A stretch of DNA of 32,000 nucleotides. Origin: Candidatus Heimdallarchaeota archaeon (GTDB lineage Archaea; Asgardarchaeota; Heimdallarchaeia; Heimdallarchaeales; Kariarchaeaceae). Shown here in pieces: positions 26,478 through 32,000 of this stretch (positions are counted from its first letter, which is position 1; the number at the start of each line of letters is the position of its first letter). The DNA lies in contig JASBSB010000001.1 in assembly GCA_030149205.1 (NCBI GenBank), forward strand, positions 810,001 through 842,000, in the 5' to 3' direction. Position numbers and translations under genes: made by a program. The notes under the pieces are model-generated. The model did not search any database, was not told where the DNA came from, and saw only the letters and a list, made by a program, of their open reading frames with translations.

Positions 26478-28913
26478 ATGACCGCATCAATCATTTCAGC
26501 CAAGCAAGCAAAGGATAGTAACGTTAAGGATCTTTTAAAACAACTCAATTCCTCCGAAAAAGGACTGACATCAGACGAGGTTAAAACAAGGATACAAGAG
26601 TATGGTCCAAATGCCATTGAGGAGAAAGAAGAGAGCCTTTTGCTAAAGTATCTGAAAAATTTCTGGGGACCAATTCCATGGTTGATAGAGTTTGCAGCAA
26701 TACTCTCTCTCATTGTTCAGCATTGGGAGGATTTCTTTATAATATCTTCCCTGCTTCTGTTTAATTCATTTATTAGTTTCTTTGAAGAGTACAACGCAGC
26801 TAATGCCCTGAAGGTGCTTCAAAGTAAATTGGCATTGAAGGCAACTGTATTACGCGATGGGAAATGGTCAGAGGTTTTAGCAGCAAACCTGGTGCCAGGG
26901 GACGTTATTCGTGTAAGAATGGGATTTGTGGTTCCTGCCGATGCAAAACTGTTGTCTGGCAAATATCTACAGGTGGATCAGTCTGCATTGACTGGTGAGT
27001 CTCTTCCAGTGGAACTCTCAGAGAATGATGTGGTTTACTCTGGATCAATCATCAAACAGGGTGAGGCAAATGCCATAGTATTTGCAACAGGTGTTCACAC
27101 CTACTTTGGGAAGACAACTGAGCTTCTTCTGGACAAATCACAAAAGAGTGAGTTTCAAAAGGCAATAGAAAAAATTGGGAACTTTTTGATAATCTTTGAT
27201 TTGTTCTTGATTGCTATAATATTTCCTGTAGCACTACTCAACAACATCAGTCTGATTGACATAGTACAGTTTTCACTGGTTTTAACTGTCTCTGCCGTTC
27301 CAGTTGCATTGCCTGCGGTCTTATCAGTCACAATGGTGACAGGGGCAGCAGTACTGACAAAAAAGGGGGCAATTGTTAAGAAACTGGTGGCAATCGAGGA
27401 GATGGCTGGTGTTGACATCTTATGTTCAGACAAGACTGGGACTTTGACACTGAATAAACTATCTATCTCAACTGTGGATGTTTATGACAATGTCGCGGAT
27501 TCTGAAGTACTTTTGGCTGCTGCGCTTACAACTAATTCAGTCACCCCAGATGCCATAGACCAATCTATACTCGATACCGTTAAACAAAGAGACGAAGTTA
27601 ACAGTAGGTTCTCACAAACTAAAATAATTGAATTTTCACCATTTAACCCAGATTCCAAGAGGTCAGAGGCAACAGTAGAACTTGATGGTAAAAAGTTCAA
27701 GGTGAGTAAAGGTGCACCTCAGGTAATTGCAGAATTGGTCAAGACAGAATCAGCCCAAAAATGGGTGATCAAAGAGGTTGAAGACCTGGCGTTAAAAGGA
27801 TACAGAGCACTGGCAGTTTCACAGACAGATCAGAATGGGAATTGGATACTACTTGGGATGCTTGCACTGTTTGACCCTCCAAGACCAGATACAAAGGAGA
27901 CTGTGCGACTCACCAATCAGATGGGATTGGATGTAAAGATGATCACTGGAGATCATAAAGCGATTGCGGTTCAACTGGCAAAAGAGATAGATCTTGGGAC
28001 TCATATCATCTCTCTTAACCCTGATGAAAAAGAGAAGGATTTAAGGCTTGTGAATTTCAAACAGGTCAACGGCTTTGCACAGGTACTTCCAGAACACAAA
28101 TATGATATAGTAGATATCCTCCAAGATGAGCATCATCTGGTTGCTATGACCGGAGATGGAGTAAATGATGCACCAGCTCTTAAGAAAGCAACAGTCGGAA
28201 TAGCAGTCTCCAATGCCACTGATGCAGCACGCTCTGCAGCAGATATTGTGCTCACAGAACCTGGATTGTCCACAATTGTTGATGGGATTCGTGAGAGCAG
28301 AAAAATCTTTGGAAGAATGGAAAATTACTCAATTTACCGAATAGTTGAAACTATCAGAATATTGGTTTTCATCACCCTTTCGATCCTTGCCTACAAATTC
28401 TTTCCTATCACAACGATAATGGTTGTTCTATTGGCATTACTGAACGATATCCCTATCATGGCAATATCTGTTGATAATGTGGAGGAGTCTAAAAAACCAA
28501 TACGATGGCACATCAACAACATTCTAAGTGAAGCGACATTCATTGGACTGGTTGGGGTGGTTATAACCTTCATCGCATTTTATATAGGTCTCAATGTGTT
28601 TCATCTTGACCCAGGAAGCACACTTCAAACATTTGTGTATCTTAAGCTAAGTGTTGCAGGTCACTTTACTGTGTTTGTCGCCAGAACAAAGAAACACTTC
28701 TGGTCAATTAAACCCAGTAAGTACCTTCTCATGGCAGTCATTCTTACACAGTCAATTGCAACTCTCTTCTCAGTTTATGGGATATTCTTACCTGCTATAG
28801 GATGGGGTATGGCATTGTTCATCTGGGCGTTTGCGTTTGTTGAATTTCTCATAGAGGACACCTTGAAGGTACAGTTCCTTAAGATGAGAGCATCCTTTGA
28901 GGATGGTCATTAG
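26478..28913 (+). CDS. P3A-type plasma-membrane proton-efflux P-type ATPase
   Basis: GLTSDEV..R.QEYGPN, DQSALTGES, PVALPAV, phosphorylation motif CSDKTGTLT, KGAPQV, MITGD, GDGVNDAPALK, LALLND. Confidence 0.95.
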   Translation: MTASIISAKQAKDSNVKDLLKQLNSSEKGLTSDEVKTRIQEYGPNAIEEKEESLLLKYLKNFWGPIPWLIEFAAILSLIVQHWEDFFIISSLLLFNSFISFFEEYNAANALKVLQSKLALKATVLRDGKWSEVLAANLVPGDVIRVRMGFVVPADAKLLSGKYLQVDQSALTGESLPVELSENDVVYSGSIIKQGEANAIVFATGVHTYFGKTTELLLDKSQKSEFQKAIEKIGNFLIIFDLFLIAIIFPVALLNNISLIDIVQFSLVLTVSAVPVALPAVLSVTMVTGAAVLTKKGAIVKKLVAIEEMAGVDILCSDKTGTLTLNKLSISTVDVYDNVADSEVLLAAALTTNSVTPDAIDQSILDTVKQRDEVNSRFSQTKIIEFSPFNPDSKRSEATVELDGKKFKVSKGAPQVIAELVKTESAQKWVIKEVEDLALKGYRALAVSQTDQNGNWILLGMLALFDPPRPDTKETVRLTNQMGLDVKMITGDHKAIAVQLAKEIDLGTHIISLNPDEKEKDLRLVNFKQVNGFAQVLPEHKYDIVDILQDEHHLVAMTGDGVNDAPALKKATVGIAVSNATDAARSAADIVLTEPGLSTIVDGIRESRKIFGRMENYSIYRIVETIRILVFITLSILAYKFFPITTIMVVLLALLNDIPIMAISVDNVEESKKPIRWHINNILSEATFIGLVGVVITFIAFYIGLNVFHLDPGSTLQTFVYLKLSVAGHFTVFVARTKKHFWSIKPSKYLLMAVILTQSIATLFSVYGIFLPAIGWGMALFIWAFAFVEFLIEDTLKVQFLKMRASFEDGH

Positions 28914-29197
28914 GATACCAAAAGACCGAAAAAGTTGAGAACTATTTAGGTGGTTAAATTTAAGAGAGTATATTTTACGCAACATGGGAAAAATAAGTAT
29001 TCAAATTCCACCAATGTAGAACAAAAACTATTTAATTTCTAAAGATAGAAAATACCTAATTATCATCGATAATGAATATTCACAGGAAAAAATGCACAGT
29101 ACTGTGGTTATGAGGAAAGTTAAATTTTTGTGTCTGAAAAGGCATAATGGTTAACAAATCCCATTGAATCGATGATACAGTAGGAGTTGAAAAGAAT

Positions 29198-30076
29198 TTG
29201 GTTTACCCATTTAACCTAAGTAATAGTGATTTTTTTAGTAAATTTTTGTGGCCAGGGGTGCCCATTTCTGCATTAGCTAGTATTGTCATATTGCTTTTGA
29301 GATTGCTCGTGTACTATCTAACTAAAACGTACTCGTATGGAGAGATCCAATTTAAGAAAGCTGAAGATGTAAGTGAACTTGAGGAAATTGCTGTTCTAAA
29401 TAAAAAATTTGAGGGGTTAGGAGAGCTCTATCTTTCTAAATTTATCCATCTAGGTATTGTGGAACCATTACAGAAAGGTGAGTTTAAAATTAACAAATAT
29501 GATGGTATTGAACTCAACAGCAGAGAATTAATTTTTCTCAAAAAATTAATAAATAAACCCTACTACAAAACTGCTGGAACATTGTTTAAATTATCAAATG
29601 AGGTGTATAGAACGTTAATTAGGGAAAGGAAAATGTTGAACCCTAAAACCTTTAGAAATGCTGTTTTGGTATATACACCATGGTTCATTCTCCTAGGGAT
29701 AGTAATCATAAAATTAAACATGGTGAACTATGATCCTCAAATGGTCTCTGATTTATATGGATACCTCTTAGTTGTAATTTTAACAATGTTTGTCATTCTT
29801 GCAGTCTCATTAGGAGTTTTCAGAGGTGGAAAATTTTACCTAACATTAGAGGGAAGGCGGTGGCTGGAACAATTTGAAGAGGACAATGAATATCTTCTTC
29901 AAAAAATGGAGCTAACCCCTGATAAAATCTCAGAGGAAGAATTTTACACCTATGTCGCAATCTATGGATTAGAAAAAATTACTGAACCAATCTACAGGCT
30001 TACTAAAGCAATGATTGATTATATACCGCCAAGGACGGGCCAAATTGATCTATCTGGTCTTATACCTTCTAATTAG
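29198..30076 (+). CDS. TIGR04222-like integral membrane protein (paralog 1)
   Basis: YPFNLSNSDF N-terminus, ...LYLSKFIHLGIV, LT.EGRRWL and YVAIYG. TTG start with AGGAG at 29182-29186. Confidence 0.7.
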   Translation: MVYPFNLSNSDFFSKFLWPGVPISALASIVILLLRLLVYYLTKTYSYGEIQFKKAEDVSELEEIAVLNKKFEGLGELYLSKFIHLGIVEPLQKGEFKINKYDGIELNSRELIFLKKLINKPYYKTAGTLFKLSNEVYRTLIRERKMLNPKTFRNAVLVYTPWFILLGIVIIKLNMVNYDPQMVSDLYGYLLVVILTMFVILAVSLGVFRGGKFYLTLEGRRWLEQFEEDNEYLLQKMELTPDKISEEEFYTYVAIYGLEKITEPIYRLTKAMIDYIPPRTGQIDLSGLIPSN

Positions 30077-30366
30077 CTAATTACCTTGTCCTCTAATTTA
30101 CTTCCAAAGCTATATAGAACACACTTGAACCAATTCTTACCTCAAAGTACCTCCAATAACCGGAAATACCAGATCAATTCATTTGTTTCAGAACTCGGAA
30201 AAATTAACCTTTCAATTGCAAGTTTGAATGGTGAATGGGAAATGTTATGAAAATAGAAAGAAATAAGGCTTAGATCATTAGGTGTAAACAAAATTTAAAT
30301 TTAAACTACAATAATAAATATTGTGCGTTTCGTTTTGATGGATAATGGGGGAAGGAGGTAGAATGC

Positions 30367-31224
30367 TTGACAGAACCCTATCCTTTTAATTTAAATGGTG
30401 TTGATTTTGTCAGTTTGTTTGCCTTCCCAGCTGCAATACTTGCCATAGCTCTAAGTTGGTTCCTCTACAGGAAAAGAATTATTGTATATGAAGTTTTTCA
30501 AGAGTTAAATAACTCCCTCACGGATAAATTTATTCAGGATTTTTCTGGGGTAAGTTTGTTTGAGCGTATTGCCGCGATCACTAATGGAAAATCTCGGTTG
30601 GCGGAGTTATATATTGCTAAGTTCCTAAAAATGGGTCTAATTTCTCCTGATAGCCAGGGTAAGTTTAAGGTATTAATGCAACCAGATCCAGATATTCTCA
30701 ATTATAGAGAGTTACAATTTCTTGCAGAGCTATCTTCTGCACCGTTTCAACTTGCCACCTCAGTGTTAAACTTTCAAATAAAAGAGATAAATGCAACACT
30801 GGTAAGAGATGGAGTGTTAACAAACATAAGTACTGAAAAGGAAACTCTATTAATAACTTCACCAATGGCTATAATTCTAATTCTATCAACTATACAATTA
30901 TTCATTTCATTAGCTCTAACAAAGCCAATTGGTCTTTTAACATTATTCCTTTTTGCTTATGCTTTTTGCTTTATTGGTGCAATGTTTTATGTCGGTAATG
31001 AATTCTCACCAAAGCCTAGATTTTTGACCAAAGAGGGTATTGAATGGTATAATTCTTTGAAAAAGGATATCATTCATGTTAAATTTGCCCTGATAAAAAA
31101 TTACACAAAATTAACTGATGAAGAATTTTATCTAGGGGTGGCATTTTTTGGAATTGAAAAAATTGAAAAAGAACCATTTCAATCTGCGCATGTTGCTATG
31201 ATTTATACCCCCTCAATTTCTTAG
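30367..31224 (+). CDS. TIGR04222-like integral membrane protein (paralog 2)
   Basis: YPFNLNGVDF, LALTKPIGLL (family GKPVGFL-like), LTKEG and GVAFFG. GGAGGT Shine-Dalgarno 7 nt before TTG. Confidence 0.72.
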   Translation: MTEPYPFNLNGVDFVSLFAFPAAILAIALSWFLYRKRIIVYEVFQELNNSLTDKFIQDFSGVSLFERIAAITNGKSRLAELYIAKFLKMGLISPDSQGKFKVLMQPDPDILNYRELQFLAELSSAPFQLATSVLNFQIKEINATLVRDGVLTNISTEKETLLITSPMAIILILSTIQLFISLALTKPIGLLTLFLFAYAFCFIGAMFYVGNEFSPKPRFLTKEGIEWYNSLKKDIIHVKFALIKNYTKLTDEEFYLGVAFFGIEKIEKEPFQSAHVAMIYTPSIS

Positions 31225-31401
31225 GTTTATATAATGTGGACACAGTAGGTTAACTATACCTCTAGAAAATCAACATTGCTAAATATTTTAGTATTTTTAC
31301 AAAAAAGAAACTTTGAATTTTAGGAGTAACTCTTAAAAATGGTTGTAAGTGTTAATTTTTTTATTACCAAGTGGTTTTATGTCATTTTTCCATACGGTTT
31401 C

Positions 31402-31415
31402 TGTCAACTTTGACA
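31402..31415. promoter_or_regulatory. Inverted repeat, candidate transcription-factor operator
   Basis: TGTCAA-CT-TTGACA, ending 10 nt before ATG 31426. Confidence 0.3.
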
Positions 31416-31425
31416 AGTGAAACTT

Positions 31426-32000
31426 ATGATTAAAGTACAAAAATTGATACTAAGTCTAATCCTAGTATTTAGTATCATAGGAAGCTCAAACCAGATTGTG
31501 GCTACGAGTGTTTCTCCTCTGATACCTCCTATCTCTGTTAACGTGAGTGCAACAGCAGACAGTGTAAATCAATCCATTTGGATGTTACCAGGTCCAAGAT
31601 CATTGGATCCAAGCATTTTTGGAACACCAGCCAATCCTTTGAAAACTAATTGGTTACCCGTCTCGATGCGTAATAAAACCACAGATGGAAGTGCCTTTAC
31701 CACAACATCTGATGTTACTCCTTTTTCAAACAAAACTAAGCAGATAACCGGTTCATTGATTCTTAATGTAACTGATAAAACAAAATATGACACCCCAGTA
31801 TCAGAAGATACTGCAAATGTACGAGCGAATTTTACAGACCCGTCAGGTAAAACTAATTATTTTGTTCAGCTCCAGAAACTGATACCTGTTGGACCTGATC
31901 ACCCATTCTTTGGTGGAGTAGGAATAAACACCTATATGCATGGAGCAACAGAGATTGGCACTCCACTTATGCCAGGTGCAATTTCTTTCGTGACACTCTG
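31426..32000 (+). CDS. Secreted glycoprotein of unknown function, 3'-truncated by the window edge (not in the ORF track)
   Basis: Open for 191 codons to the window end: MIKVQKLILSLILVFSIIGSSNQIVA...FTDPSGKTNYFV...GPDHPFFGGVGINTYMHGATEIGTPLMP... Has a signal peptide and 6 N-x-S/T sequons. Confidence 0.85.
   Translation, partial: MIKVQKLILSLILVFSIIGSSNQIVATSVSPLIPPISVNVSATADSVNQSIWMLPGPRSLDPSIFGTPANPLKTNWLPVSMRNKTTDGSAFTTTSDVTPFSNKTKQITGSLILNVTDKTKYDTPVSEDTANVRANFTDPSGKTNYFVQLQKLIPVGPDHPFFGGVGINTYMHGATEIGTPLMPGAISFVTL

Noticed and set aside
938-28985. Short track ORFs overlapping major genes (e.g. 938-1144, 3427-3714, 3434-3628, 13586-14664, 15964-16314, 18252-18461, 19516-19752, 20733-22591, 23664-23876, 24861-25968, 26432-28985)
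   Set aside because: Antisense or alternative-frame shadows of well-supported CDSs, with no independent motifs.
30077-30250. 57 open codons in frame after the TAG of the first TIGR04222-like gene (possible readthrough extension)
   Set aside because: The paralog ends earlier than this TAG, the extension has no Gly-rich tail or recognisable motif, and one such run can arise by chance among many stops examined.
3394-31224. Genome-wide reassignment of TAG to an amino acid
   Set aside because: TAG terminates many genes here (3394, 7901, 8277, 14791, 28913, 30076, 31224). At 14791 it matches the TAA position of the paralog, and at 8277 it is followed by an oligo-T tract and a second TAG.
31569-31793. 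74-aa minus-strand ORF in the track
   Set aside because: Antisense shadow of the plus-strand secreted protein starting at 31426.

Overview
AT-rich archaeal genomic window, most consistent with an Asgard archaeon (inference from archaeal BRE/TATA promoters, a longin-domain gene and large DxDxDG-repeat surface proteins). It carries metabolic and transport genes: PaaI thioesterase, SAM methyltransferase, cation:proton antiporter, two-domain rhodanese, two tandem SSADH-like aldehyde dehydrogenases, a PLP trans-sulfuration lyase and a P3A H+-ATPase. Accessory genes are interspersed. The most striking locus (18811-24463) is a 1128-aa secreted protein with a caspase/CHAT-like His-Cys dyad, a very basic nuclease-like domain, a hydrophobic hairpin, 10 Ca-binding DxDxDG repeats and 2 Ig-like domains, flanked on both sides by paralogous soluble proteins. 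I read it as a candidate AB-type/polymorphic toxin plus immunity system (inference). The downstream paralog really starts at 23375 and contains an in-frame TAG. A TATA box sits at exactly -29..-22 from at least nine start codons, implying leaderless mRNAs and correcting several ORF-track starts. Features missing from the ORF track: an N-terminal wHTH extension at the left edge, a 45-codon Walker-A ATPase relic (11647-11784), a likely G6-tract frameshift in a PD-(D/E)XK nuclease, and a secreted glycoprotein running off the right edge. No rRNA, tRNA, CRISPR array or transposase was recognised. All family assignments come from motif recognition by eye, not from database searches.
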